DNA from: Fimicolochytrium jonesii
Taxonomy: Eukaryota
Length of the DNA: 64,000 nt
NCBI RefSeq assembly: GCF_025526975.1
Contig: NW_026515677.1
Span: forward strand, 620,001-684,000
Direction of reading: 5' to 3'
Shown: piece by piece, positions 24,271 through 37,047 of the stretch
Position numbering within the stretch: the first letter of the stretch is position 1
Layout: each line of letters opens with the position of its first letter
Notes under the pieces: model-generated
What the model was told of the DNA's origin: nothing
Databases searched by the model: none
The model's input: only the letters and a program-made list of their open reading frames with translations
Program-made: the position numbers and the translations under genes

Positions 24271-26271
24271 TCACGAAAGTGGGCCCCTAAACGGGCCCGA
24301 CTCCTGCTGCTCAACCGAAGCACGCGCTCTTTGCCTCAGCCCGGCCCATAGCGGGGCGAAGTCCACCTGCGGATGCGTACCAGGATGCAAACCTCTCGTG
24401 GCCGCCTGCTCCGTTAATGCCCTGCTCGCATCAACCATCCCTATCCGTGAGTAAATCCCCGCCATCAAATCATAAACTGGTCGATCAGTCCACCGTCGAA
24501 CCTCCATGGCCTCAAAAATGACCTTGGCAGATTGAATATCCAACAAAGAGGAGTAACCCCGCAACATGATAAGCCCGGTGGCGGCATCGAACGGTACACC
24601 AGCGGATTCCAGCATGGCGAGAGCGTCGTCCAGCTTATGTATCTGACCCTGGGCTATGGCCAGGTTCTTGCAGTCTGGCCAAGACGGCGGATTGTCTTTC
24701 CTCGGGATCAAATGTATGATGGACTGCCACGCTAATGCAGGATCCCGCGTTTCTGCCCCCAAAGTGAGGCCTGCTTCCCGTGCGGGTCTCGTGCTAGCGA
24801 TACGCGCAAAACGTTGCCAGAATTTGTGCGCGAATTTGGTATACTCCGAGCCCCCGCGTGCAAGCAGTTTCAGGGCTTCCCAGACACTCGTAGGAAAGCC
24901 AGGTTCGGTGTTGTGTCGTGTGACGACGTTGGTTATTGCGAGCGCAATCGCGTACAAGTCACCGGGGTGTCGTAGAACCAAGAACTTAATGATTTCGAAG
25001 TTGGCATCGCGTCGTAATTTGCGCAACTCTTCAGTGGGTCCACGGATTTTCATCAGATGCTCATGGTGCATATTCAGGTCGTCTCGCATGCCGGCGCGGG
25101 CGTATGCTTTGATGAACGCCCAATGTGTCAAGGGAAGGATTTGATTTTTCGGTATGCCTCTCCTCTCAAAGGTTTTGATCGCAGCTGGCAAATCTCCCGA
25201 CAACGCTAGCCCGGCGGCGAGATAGCAATGACCAGCATCCACGAAGACTGTGGGAGCATTTCGCGTCTCCAGTTCCCGAAGGAGAACACCTAATCTCTGC
25301 GGCATGCCGCCTCTAGCGAGAATGTCCATGAAATACATGATTGCCTTGGCTGACTGCATGCCCCTTTTTCGCATCATCTTCAACAATGCACCGGCGTGAG
25401 AAAGGGAGACTGAAGGGTCCCGATGACGAATGTAACTCAAGACTTTCACCCGAATCATGAAGTCTTCTTCGCTCATTTGTAGAAGCTTGCTCCCATCGTC
25501 CAGTCTTCCATTTCGATACCAGGCTGTTAGCACATAGGTGAACTTCGGCGGAAATGGCGGCTGGCCGTTTGGAACGCTCATGTAAAGCAGCTCTCTAAGG
25601 TCGGAATCTAATGCCTCCCATTTCGTATCAGCGACCCCGGCGAGGGAAGGTCGAGTAACTCCGGCGTAAACCTCGACAGGGTCAGAAGGGCGCCAATCCG
25701 GAACCTTTCCTGACTTTTTGGATCGATTTTCATGCCTGCTGTTTTTCGGTTTCGCCTCCGCCGCTGCTGAATTAGGCCGGGAATCTAGAAATTGCATCCG
25801 GTGATCATTTTGCGTCTGCTTGCTGGCTTCCACCAGTAGTTTCAAATGTTCATTGATGATTGAAGCTGCGTCTGTATTCGCTACTTCTTCGGCATCAGCA
25901 GGGGTTTTCGGGTCGAAAGCTTCATCGGATCGTGAGGAGCTGTCGAGCTTAAGTCCCGCCTTCGGCGAAGATTGCGCAATGCTGACAGTTGCATCATCCT
26001 TCAATCCCGATCCAACTCCTTCGCGTACATGTCCATTTGCCCGGGTTTCCTCCTTCGCAGCCGCTTCCGTCTGTGGTTCGTCTGCACCCGAGTCGCCCGG
26101 ACTTCTCACCTTCGAAGTCGAAAGCCTCGCGCAATTTGAGTTGATCTTAGAAAAGGGTCGTATCCGCGGGCTGGTAGATTTCGCCCCCCAGAACTGTAAT
26201 CCAACCACTCGGCGCAAGTGAGCCTCGAACAGGCGCAAGGTTGAAACGCAAGGTGTGGCTCCGCGGTGCAT
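24271..26271 (-). CDS. PPR/TPR-like helical-repeat protein, probably mitochondrial
   Basis: 666-aa ORF; THWAFIKAYARAG, IMLRGYSSLLD, VYDLMAGIYSRIG resemble degenerate PPR helices. Confidence 0.6.
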   Translation of the reverse strand: MHRGATPCVSTLRLFEAHLRRVVGLQFWGAKSTSPRIRPFSKINSNCARLSTSKVRSPGDSGADEPQTEAAAKEETRANGHVREGVGSGLKDDATVSIAQSSPKAGLKLDSSSRSDEAFDPKTPADAEEVANTDAASIINEHLKLLVEASKQTQNDHRMQFLDSRPNSAAAEAKPKNSRHENRSKKSGKVPDWRPSDPVEVYAGVTRPSLAGVADTKWEALDSDLRELLYMSVPNGQPPFPPKFTYVLTAWYRNGRLDDGSKLLQMSEEDFMIRVKVLSYIRHRDPSVSLSHAGALLKMMRKRGMQSAKAIMYFMDILARGGMPQRLGVLLRELETRNAPTVFVDAGHCYLAAGLALSGDLPAAIKTFERRGIPKNQILPLTHWAFIKAYARAGMRDDLNMHHEHLMKIRGPTEELRKLRRDANFEIIKFLVLRHPGDLYAIALAITNVVTRHNTEPGFPTSVWEALKLLARGGSEYTKFAHKFWQRFARIASTRPAREAGLTLGAETRDPALAWQSIIHLIPRKDNPPSWPDCKNLAIAQGQIHKLDDALAMLESAGVPFDAATGLIMLRGYSSLLDIQSAKVIFEAMEVRRWTDRPVYDLMAGIYSRIGMVDASRALTEQAATRGLHPGTHPQVDFAPLWAGLRQRARASVEQQESGPFRGPLS

Positions 26272-26890
26272 TCAGGGGACGGTTTCCGGACTGCGTTGCG
26301 TCCTTTGCCGCTCTGGGCGTTCCTGCTACCAGACGTATCGATATGGTTAGGAAGTCTAGGAGGGCTGTTACCCAGCAGCGGTCCTGAATATTCGCCCAGG
26401 GTTCCGGCGAGACGTGCTTTTCGCGTGTGAACGAGCAGCAAGATGTCGCCCATGGCCTATGAGGAAGGTCGTGAGGAGAAACGCGAGGTGCTCTCTTCCG
26501 CGCTTTCCGCGTTGCGAAGATTGGCTTTGGACTGCATTTGCTTTTGTTTTGGCATTATGCACTGCTCTAAAAGCAGCCAAATAAGGACATACGGCCGCGG
26601 TTGGTGGCTTGTTGTATCGGCTAACCCAGAGCCTACTAGAGCTCGACAGGTTGTTATGGACATCGGACTGGATTTCTGGGCCACGATCCCAAGATACGAA
26701 GTCGTACGAGTTTTACAAAGTTGTCTTTATATTCCTTGATTGGTACCCAACGACCAACTCTTCGTGTTTGCGCTGCCCCCGCTGTGCCCTGCACATTGCA
26801 TGTCTGCAGAGCATCGCAGCATGAGAGAGTCACAGTGTTTCAAAATGTGGGTATTAAGGCGCTTATATTACATTGCTCTGCTCCGAGTCC

Positions 26891-27743
26891 TTAAAAAGTG
26901 CCTGGGCGAACACCACTGAACACGGGACGGAACCGCTTGCTGGCAGGGCGGGTAACTGGAAACGGATAGAGTTAACAACCGAAAGCACAATCTCAACGAC
27001 CACACTCAGCGCAACTTACCCCTGTGAGGCAAGGGGAACTTCAGCTTAGGGTCCAAGATCTGCTTGATGTAAGCACGACGAACGTCAGCGGCCTTGACTT
27101 CAGCGACCTTAATGATCTGAATGGAGCTGAAGCGGGCACGGTGACGGGCGGCCATATCTTGGTCTACGAAAATGAAGGTTTGATGAGCATGCAGCCCTTT
27201 CCTTACTTCCCCAGTTGAATCAAAGCAGAAATAATGAGAAATTACAACGTACAGCACGAAGCGACAGCGTCCGTGCGGGTAAGCTCACGGTACTCCTTGT
27301 ACATGTTGTGAGTTCCAGAGCGGGAGTCGTAACGGATCCAGATACCGAAGTTTTTGACCGTCAAAGGCTTCTTCTCGAAGATCTGCACAAGAGCCGTCGG
27401 CGAGTCAGCGACGGATTCTAGTTGATCTGGGGTCTCCTAGGCCGTAGTCCCAATTTCCCAATTCCATTACGCTCCACTCGTAGTCGGCTCCGAATTTCGC
27501 TTTCCCTCCTCCTCGTCTTCTCCCAACGCAGCCATGCTGCCCCTGAAATATTACCTGGTTGACGGAAACAATCTCACCAGAGGCCCTCTTAACCTTGTTG
27601 ACCTGCTTCAGGAAGTACCAGAATCGTGACTTGGCGACAACCTCATTGGGAGCGAAAAGGCGCATGCGGTACAACTTGGGCACCGGCTCTTTCTCAGTTG
27701 GCACACGACGGCCAACGACCTGGTATTCGTTGAGTCTGCCCAT
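26891..27743 (-). CDS. RPL20: 60S ribosomal protein eL20 (L18a), 4 coding exons
   Basis: [59 protein letters not shown]. Confidence 0.97.
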
Positions 27744-29626
27744 TTTGTGCGATTCTGCAGGAGCAAAAAAAAAGGTCAGCGATTCCCCATGGCATGAAGC
27801 ATTTTCTGAAATTCCTCCCCCTTACCCTAACTGAAAAGTCGTAAGAGATCAACAAGGACACAGAACGATTTGTTAGCGGCTGCTCCACTGCCAACAAGAG
27901 ACCGCAATTAGTTCCCTTCCAACATACTACATACCTCTGTGGCTGGAGAGTAGATATGAATCTTTGGCTGTTTTCCGAGACGGCCAGCGGCGTGTTGCCC
28001 CTTTCCCCAGCTGTGATCGAAAAATCGCCACACGGAACTCGACAGTGCGTGGCGTCAGTGGCGCAGCGTGGCGATTCGTCTGGAGAAATCACGTGCCCAT
28101 GAAGCTTAGACCAGGGACAACGACCATGTTCAAACTGAAGAAGCTGATCACGATGGATACGTATTTTTTCAGGTATACCCCTGTATACCAGGGGGAAACG
28201 GATCATCAGGAGGAAGGAAGGGGCTTGGTATGTGAGCTCAAAGTCAGTAGAGAAATCGCCAGGCGAAAAAAGGAGGAATTATCGAACGGGATGTGTGTGA
28301 GGATCGACTCGACGCGAGCAGCACGAGTTCCTGTTGCATAAGCAGCTCTGCTTGATTGAGCTTTTGCCCCGAATCTCTCACATAGGGTACAAAAAGACTC
28401 GACCCCCTCGTCCCCGGTTCTTGTTTCCCTCCCATGGATTCTTTTCCGGCAGGTATGTTAGGTTCCCATATCGACGTACTGTACGCCATGCTTTCAAGCC
28501 CCCAAGTTGTACAGTACAAGGTATGTGTCGCACAGTAAGTCAAAGATGTCCGACTCATTCGGGCGATGTCGCGTGGGCCTCGCCATGGCTCATCTACTCA
28601 AATCCTTCTTCACTGATGCTCGACAATCCGTTGCCCCAATAACAAAAATGAGTTCAAAGAAGGACGCACAACGATCCTGAACCGTCACTTTCGGAGGGGC
28701 GCGTCACATCGCTCCTGATGTCAACAGGAACAGGAATAGGAACAGTAACGATGACGAGGATAAGATCGAGACAAAGGATGTGAACGAGAACAGGGACAGG
28801 AACGGGAACCGGAACGAGAATGGGAAAAAAGAAGGACGAGGACGGGAATAAGCAGTTGGTCTTTTCATGCATATCGAAAAGGGACGCGAATTTCTCAAAG
28901 TCGAGCTATGTGGCGCCGGCGGGGAATCGGCCCGGGTCGGGCCAGGGACCAGATGGGCAACAAGTCGGATCCATGCCATGCATGAGAGGAGGTCAACCGG
29001 GAAGTTTTTTCACGCGCTACACAAATAAACGGCGCAACCGGATGGCGACTGAAGCGTTCTTTTCTTGATGTGAGTCCAGGGTCGCTTTTGCAGGCGAGTT
29101 CTTGAAGTATCGCTTCCATCTCATATCCGAGCTGCTTCTGGATGTGGAGGGTTGAAGGAGAAGAATGAATTACAGCAGTAAACTACTGCATGGAATCATA
29201 ACAATGATTAATTCAAGGATTGCATTGATATCTGCTTTTATGATTAGCCGTCGATACCACAATGAAAGGCCAAGAGAAATTATTATTTACAATATGCGAC
29301 TGATAGCCAACATCAACAGGAAGTAGGGGTGGGATGATATTGCGTAAGTGAGAAAGAAATTCAACGCCCTTGAAAATACGTCAGCAGGCCAAGACATTTT
29401 CCTTGGGACAGAAAAGCGCTTCCCCGTGTCCAAAACACGCATAGGAGCAACAATGAGAAGGAAGAACTACATAAACAGATTTTGTGGGGATGAAAAAACA
29501 AAAAGGAGGGGTGTGAACACTGCCATGGGTATCGGATGCCGGTCGAGAAAAACGTCCCTGCTGCATCGGCGCATTGATCGCGCCACTCAAATGTTTCGGG
29601 CTTGATGGGAAGCTTTACGCCAAGAT

Positions 29627-32595
29627 TTATGTCGCAAGCAGAGCGCCCGGCACCTGTTCGTCCCCGCTCGTCATGGCCTGCGCTTGAGCTTCGGCCTGCT
29701 TTGCGACGATTTGCGCGACGTAAGGGTGCATCAGTAGAGCGTCGGCGGTGGGACGCATGACCGGGTCGGGGTCGAGCATTGATCGGACGAGATCGAGGAG
29801 GGCGGGTGAGAGCTCTTGCCCGAAATTGATCTCGGTGAGATCACCTTGTCGGAGTTTGTGCCAGTATGGCCCGTTCTCGGGGAGGATGACGTTTGCCGCA
29901 ATTTCGAGAATGATAAGCCCGAGACTAATTCAAATGAGATATATCATTTAGTTATCAGTTGGCCGGACCATCAGGAAGGACGTATGTTCCATCAACTCAC
30001 CTGAATATATCTGCGGCTTTTCCAAAGCTGGGATCACGAAGGATCTCCGGTGCGATGTACGTGCGATCGCCCTCCCTGTCGTCGTGTCGCGACTGAAGAG
30101 TCCGCGCGATGTCAGAGTCTCTTCACAATCGTCCCACATACTCCTCTATGCGCACGTACCACAGGAGCTTTAGCAGCAAGCCCAAAATCGCCAATCTTCA
30201 GCGACCCATTGTTCGTTATGAAGATATTGCCCGGCTTCAGATCGAGATGCACGAGGTTGAGATCATGTATGTGTTTTACGCCCTGTGCCGTGAACGCGTT
30301 AGTTTTGACCCGAGTATTGCATCCAAGAATTCGGACTCACCGAAGCGATCTCCGCAAGAATGTGCCAAATGCGGTATTCTTCCAGCGAGGAATCCCGGCA
30401 ATGGTCCTCCAGATAGGTATAGAGACTACATAATGGAGTTCCATAAGAAATTTGCAAAGTGGTGGCGTGTTTTCAAAGTAACTCTGAAACCGTACCTTCC
30501 GCAATCGCAGAGCTCCATTTGCAAATAAAGATACCCGAACTGAACCCAGGAGGCGACGAGGCACACGCAATGGGGATGCACACCGACTTGCCACAAGATT
30601 TCAACTTCTCCCAATTTGTTCAACCTGTGATGATTGTCGTGAGATCTCACAAGACCTCTCCAACAACTAAAAATTTGGTACTTACCCATCCTTATAGCCG
30701 CTGAAAGCATGCAATGTCTTCTTCACAGCATAAAAATGCCCCGTGGTCTTTTCCTGCACTTTGTATGCCTCTGCGAATGATCCTCGCCCCAAGCGCTCAA
30801 CAACTCGAAAGTTCGCGTCTAAATAGTCCGGATATGAGCCACTGTATCGGATCGGGTCTGGTGATGGCGCTGCAAATAGGGAAGCATTCTTTACTTAATA
30901 CCAGGCTAAGTATCTCAAAATGCACAAAAGCGACTCCAGCACTCACGTCGTCCATTCCTCGCTTGCAGTTGCAAAAAGTATTGCGGGTTCAAAAAGAGTG
31001 GGTACGGCGTTACAAGATGATTGTAGCCAGACGAGTTATGTCGCACGTTAAACATCGGCCGTGGTGGAGGCGCGGCAGTCGTCGGAGTGTGGACATCGGA
31101 GTCAAGGTCCATCATATCCAGACCATCGTTCGGCCGCAAGCTATTGTTGGAGGCTTCCTGGCTTCCCGCTGAGGTAGGCAAGCTCTGTGCGAAAGGCGAG
31201 AATTGGGAATCTAACAAAGGGCCTGTCGTCGAAGCTCGCGAAGGAGGTTGATTCTCAGAGTTTTTCGGTTTCCTTCCAAATTGCGGGAAGCTGACGCGTC
31301 TTTCCTCCCCGAAGCTGCGAGTTGATGGTATGCCCAGTCGCGGCGGGGGAGAGTCCATGGCGTGAGATTGTGAAGTTTGGGGTATACATTGGAAACCAGA
31401 ATTCCTCGACGATATATGTGCAGGGGATTCTGGCGATCCAGCTATTTCTCTTTGAGACTGCTGCTGCTGGTGTTTGATCGCTATTGGTGATGTCGAATCG
31501 TCGCCGACCCGTCGGAAACCTCTCACGGGGGCTGCCGACGAGCTATCGCCATTACGATGCAGCTTCTTCGAGTTTTTGATGGGAGATTCCTGCAGCGGAC
31601 TCCTCAAATGTTTCGATTTGACGGAGCTGACAGGGAATCGGGTGGGCGTTTGAGGGTGCAGATGCGTAGGCGTGGGCGCCTCATATGGCCGCGAAAAAGC
31701 TGATGAAAAGTTCGTCGAATGCGAGGGAGTTCCTACAGGCAACGCCATTGCCTCATGAAATATATCTGTCCTCCTCGCACCCGAAGGATGAGTCGGGAAA
31801 TGATGCGCCTTCTTCAGAGGCGTTTCTGGCATCGGTTTCGGAGTCTCCGGTGGTCGTGGACGATTCCTCTTCGATATCAAGCCGGTCGAATGAAACGCTG
31901 CTGGGTTTGGTTTCACCAGCTTTGTTTGAGGAGTAAAGAATGTAGAGCCGATCTGATCGGCAGCCAAAATGTCAGGTTCCGAAAATATCGACGCGGTCCT
32001 TCCGTGGGAAAAGTGATTGTGGTGGAATGGGGTAGCGTTGAAACTGTGTTCTGCGGGCGTGCGGGGTTGAGCGGATGGCGTACCACCCAAGGAAAACGGT
32101 GAGGAGTCTGTAAGAGTCTGTGTGAGAAACCCGAAAGGAACAACTGCACGATCTAGAATACTATCAACCCTTACCTGGCTGATGCAACGAAGCTGGAGAT
32201 TCAAAGGCCCGTTGTGTGATATTTGGTTGAGGTGAATCCGAAGGTTCTAGATCCGTGTCCATCGATTCTGAAAGTGATGATAGATTGAACGATGACCGTA
32301 CAAGGCGTACCGGTCGCGGAAGTGATGATGGACGTTGTTGCTGTTGCAAACTCGGCGATGATATGAACGGACTCGCCGTCCCATGATTTGAAAGTTCGTG
32401 CAGCTCACTACTTTGAGACCTTGCCTTCAGGCGCTGCGGTGGATCGGGTATTCGAAACGCTCCTGAGAACAATGATGGCCCAGGACTAGAGGCAGGAGCA
32501 TTGGCAGACGGGGAAAATAAGGCTGGGACATATTTCTGCCCGTTCGCTAAAGGTGGGGTAGGGGCCGCTGGTGATTGTGCTACCGAGGCCGCCAT
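29627..32595 (-). CDS. WEE1: Wee1/Myt1-family CDK-inhibitory kinase, multi-exon, long SP/TP-rich N-terminus
   Basis: LGRGSFAEAYKV, YLQMELC, VHLDLKPGNIFI, KIGDFGLA, EGDRTYIAPE, ADIFSLG, LPENGPYWHKLRQGD; N-terminal TGLISKRNR and PETPLKK. Confidence 0.88.
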
Positions 32596-33936
32596 GTCGG
32601 AGCTGCCGGCCAAGTCCCGCGACTGGTCCCCGTTCGCGGCGGCGGCGACGGTAGCAGCGGTGGCGGCGCCAGTTTGAAGTCGTCCTAACGTCGTTGAAGC
32701 TTGTTCGGGAGCTCAACAGAGCCTAGGTGGGAAGATCAGCCAACCCGATCAGCTACCCACTCGAAATCCACTCTGCGACGACGGAGTGACAGCAGTCGTC
32801 TCCCCTACTCACCCCTCTTCTTTGTGAGCCCAGAACGAATATCCGTGGTTAATACTTTGGCAATCGGGCCTATAGTCGGGCGATGGGGAAATACCACGCA
32901 GGAGTGCCTTTCGCGTTTCCTATCTACGTGTCCCCCAAATTCTCCAGTCCCTGGAGCAACTGCTAGCGCTCTATTCCTGATGGCGTGTTCGGCGGTTTCC
33001 GGGCCGTTTGGACAGCAAGATGACCTCTTGTAAACCGTGGATTCCAGGGTGAGATCAACCCCTTGGCGAATGTCGCGCACCGCAAGACAACCGAAACGTG
33101 GCTGGGTGAGTCCAAAAAGGTGACTGACTATTATCTACTGCGAGCTTGTTCTCCGACGTTGATCTGCACAGTGCTCTCGTGAGTGGTCTGGGAAATGTCT
33201 GCGCATTGGGAGCGTCCTGCGTGGCAATTGTGGGACGGGCGTGTTGCGATTCAGGGAAACGGCAACAACAGGCTGCTGCCGATATGCGCACACCCCCTCT
33301 CGCAAATCGTACTTTGGCACGTGTTGCACGTTATCAGTCGATGGAATCCCACATATGGGCAAGCCTTACTCAAGCCTTGCACAGAGAAGGAGTCGTCTCG
33401 ATACGTACTGTACATACGAAAGGAGGTGATAACCGGGAGGGGTACGTGTGCATCCTCGGAACTATTGATATTCCTCAATGGAACGGCTGCGAAGGCGATG
33501 TTCATTTTTTCGTTGACAGCTACTTAATAGGAGCTGAAGAAGCGTTTCGGTGCTGTTTATGAAGCCGAAACTGACCGCTTCATAACCTATGAGACGCGGA
33601 GGACATCAATAAGCTTTGCAATAGGGCAATTGCAAAGCTTCTGATCATGTGCGGAGTGTCTAAAGGTCCTTTCAATTCAATGAGATGTTAAACAACTAAA
33701 ACTATGCGATACAGTGTCTCTGGAAAGGGAACAAGAAGAGGAGTTCTCTAATCATATACAGGTCTTCATTATCTAGGTATAATGCAGCGCAGAACGTGGA
33801 TATGTACGAAGGAAATATGGGATGCAGACAAAACTAGAGGGACATCACAATCCCGCCAGCGGGAGTTTTGCGAGGCTACTTGCGGTGATGCCGCAATGCA
33901 ATACGCAAGGCGAACTACGCCGTGAATCAGACAGAT

Positions 33937-34781
33937 CTAGTTGCCGGTGCCCTGGAACTTGTAACGACCGCTACGACGACCAGTGAGTGTCCATGTGACA
34001 CCCTTGATGACCTTGTTCTTGTCTCGGGAGTAGTTGTTGGTAAGCTGCTCCCATCGCTTGACGTGGATGTCGATGGAGCCGGGAGACCTGACCCATGCGT
34101 GGTCGAATGCGTCCGTGATGAAGAGCTTCATCTTTTTGCCGTTCTGTGGATTGGTCACCTCAGCTTCCAGGCCACAGTACGCTGTGGCGTACTGTACCCA
34201 TTTCTTGTTTTGCCCAGGGTTATTCCACTTGTATTTCGCGTTGGTCCACTCGGTCATTTGCGAGATGTCCTGTTTGTTTGATACGGAAAAAAAAACGTGA
34301 GACATCTTGCCTCTTCGACCAACAATAAGTGCGAGAGTCATACCGGTGCAAACCCAGGGGTCCAGTCATTGTATGGATATCCACACCAGCTTTTTCCGTT
34401 GGTGTCGTCGTTCCCGTGGTTCGCTCTGAACCAAGAACCGATGCCCGTGTTCTTTTTCCCCCAAAACGCCGACGGACCACGGCTGAACAGTTTCGCGATG
34501 CCACTGCGGGTATCGGGCTTTGTGAAGGTGTCGTCATCGTATACATCGTACTCAGAGTCGTAGTCGGCATCAGAAAGCGGCGCCCACTGTGTAGCATTTG
34601 CGTTGGGGATGGTTGCGTTTGGGTTGAGAACGGTCGCTTCCTCGAATGCATCTTCCGAAAGAGGAGCGACGGTGGCATTTGCGACGGGAACAATGGTGAT
34701 GTCAGCTACAGGTGCCGCTGTGGCGACGGAGATGAGGGGTAGTGCGACAAGCACCAACTTGGAAACGATAGAGGCGACCAT
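33937..34781 (-). CDS. Secreted RlpA-like/expansin-like double-psi beta-barrel protein; 2 exons
   Basis: Signal peptide MVASIVSKLVLVALPLISVATA; SWCGYPY..GFAP, YCGLEAEVTNP, ITDAFD..W..SIDI. Confidence 0.65.
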
Positions 34782-37047
34782 GCTGAACAGTGTCGGTAGC
34801 AGAGTTGGTGAGGTGATTCGAACGGGATAAGTCGAACTGGATATAGAGAGCCGGTCTAGTCGTTGGTATGGAGAGGCCGGAAGTGTCCTGCACTGTTGCG
34901 ATCTATTCTATGCAGCCCTGTGAGACGTCCAGCGTCGTTGCAGTTCCGAGGTATATACGCAGACTGTGAGCCCGATGCACGAAATGCTGATTCGGCTGGG
35001 GTATTTCAACGATTCCAGTGTTCAACAGCCTGTTTTTTGGTTTTTCGCCACTGTGCCAGACGTCAGCCTCCCGGCGTTGATACCAGTTGATCGCACACCC
35101 CCAAACCATCCGAATGCGGCCCAGGTCCGACGACTCTTTCAGCCATGATTAATTGAAGGATGCAAATTTGCGAAATGAGCAGCGGCGTGGATGGGCATCG
35201 GCAGCCATTGGCCAGTCACAGCTCGCCGTAATGCCAAAACCTTAAAATTGTGGTGGGCTGGGACCTCCGACATCAACTCTCGGTATCAACTTCCACCCAT
35301 CGGATTGCTTTTGAGTGTGAAAGGAAAAGTGAGGCGAAATGGCGGTACGCGCACGAATTGGCCAGAGACCAAGCAAATTTGTGTGTACTGTGTAATATGT
35401 AGACCGCGTCACACGAGGCCGACTCAGGCTTCCATGGAACTCAGAACATTTCGAGCAAGTGCCAAGCCCCAACAAAACTCCGACGAAGCCGAATTCTCCT
35501 GTTGCGTGCGATCGCCGCTCGCTGCTCCGCCAGCGGAGCTGCCGAGGCTAATGAAGCGTATCCACGACCATTCCAAATCCCTATCCAAATGCACGGCGAG
35601 CCACTTCCACGGACTCAGCCGAGGATTGGGATGGTCGAGGGCTGAATCTGGAACTGGCCGGTTGCACTGAACGCATAGCGCATAGAACTTTGATGCAGTA
35701 TGTTTTCCTGTTTGCTCCCCGGGATGCGACTGATTGAAATCCCCATTTCATTTGTGTCGTTTTCCATCCTTGCACGAGGATGCGGAGCGGATGCCTCACA
35801 TGTTGTTGGTGCAGCGGTTTCGGTCAAGAAACTTTGAGACTTGCTGGTGCAGAACATGGGATGCCAAGGTGATATGGAGACCAATGGTTGAAACCACAAC
35901 CCTCTTCCATGTTACTATACTTTTCGATCATATTCCGTCAACGATTGTTCGTGCCATTTGAGAGAAAGAAAAGACCCAAGTTTTGTAACGAAGAGGTACA
36001 CTGGAATCCACGGTGCTGCCCCGTCCACTCGCGTAGTCTGCAAGGCGCAAACAGAGGCTCGAGAACCCCCCAATAAAAAGCAGCGCCATGGCAACGGCCC
36101 GCGGCATCGGAGGAACCAGCTGTCTGGCTGACATGGGAAAAGAACAACAACTGTCCAGGACATAGACCTGTCATGGATGTGCACCAGTACGTCGCCAGAT
36201 GACACCTAGATATCCGGCAAAGACATAGATGCAAACCATGGAAAGTTATACCGACGGTCCGAGAGCTACTTTCCAGCGGGGCTGCAGTTCGGTCAGTTCT
36301 GTCAACACTCGACACTGAGCGTCTTTCCGTCTTGTCTGACGCGTTGAGGCACTAATGGCAACTCTGGGTTACGGGAAGAACTTGCCGATCTATAGTCCGC
36401 AACTCTCGACAACTGTCTGCTATTCTGTCCGTATGCACGTAGAGGGGAGGTCCGCCGTCCACCGAGTTCCGCCCAAGGCATGCTCCAAGCGATCGGCGCC
36501 ATGTTACCCCCCATAGAAGCAGAGGGTATCCCTAGCAGAGTCAAAGAGCGGCTTGGAAAGTTGAGGTCTCGCATATGTGCAATATGGTAGTTGCTGTCTT
36601 TAGCTGGTCTCGTTCGTAATGATTTGCCAAGACCAACAATCTCACACACCCTGCGGCCTGCTCGTGGCGCTGAATGCTCCTGCAACGTCGACTGTCCAGC
36701 TGTATTCCTTAGGAAATGCTTCGGTGTGCGTCGAAAGAAAAAGTCGGTCAATTTTTCACAGTATATACAGTATAGAGTGGCACGCTGTCGAAATTTTGGC
36801 GGAGTTGACAGTGACGACGGATGGCAGAAAGTCTCCGAGTTTCTGCGTCACGGTGCCTGCGGAAAACATGTAACAAGCTTAGCTGTAACCCGTTTAAGGA
36901 CGACGAGATGCTTCTACCAGGCCGCTTTCGGAGATGGCACCGATATGCGATCCTTGCAAACGGATCAGATGTCCAGTCGTCCGACGCTGGGGCTCCTCAT
37001 TTTCTTCCCGATACCCCGTCCCAGTAGCTTACAGCTAGCTTGCACAG

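Noticed and set aside
28098..29068. Splice-like signals and a GGAACA-rich low-complexity stretch divergent from RPL20
   Set aside because: No consistent spliced reading frame could be assembled
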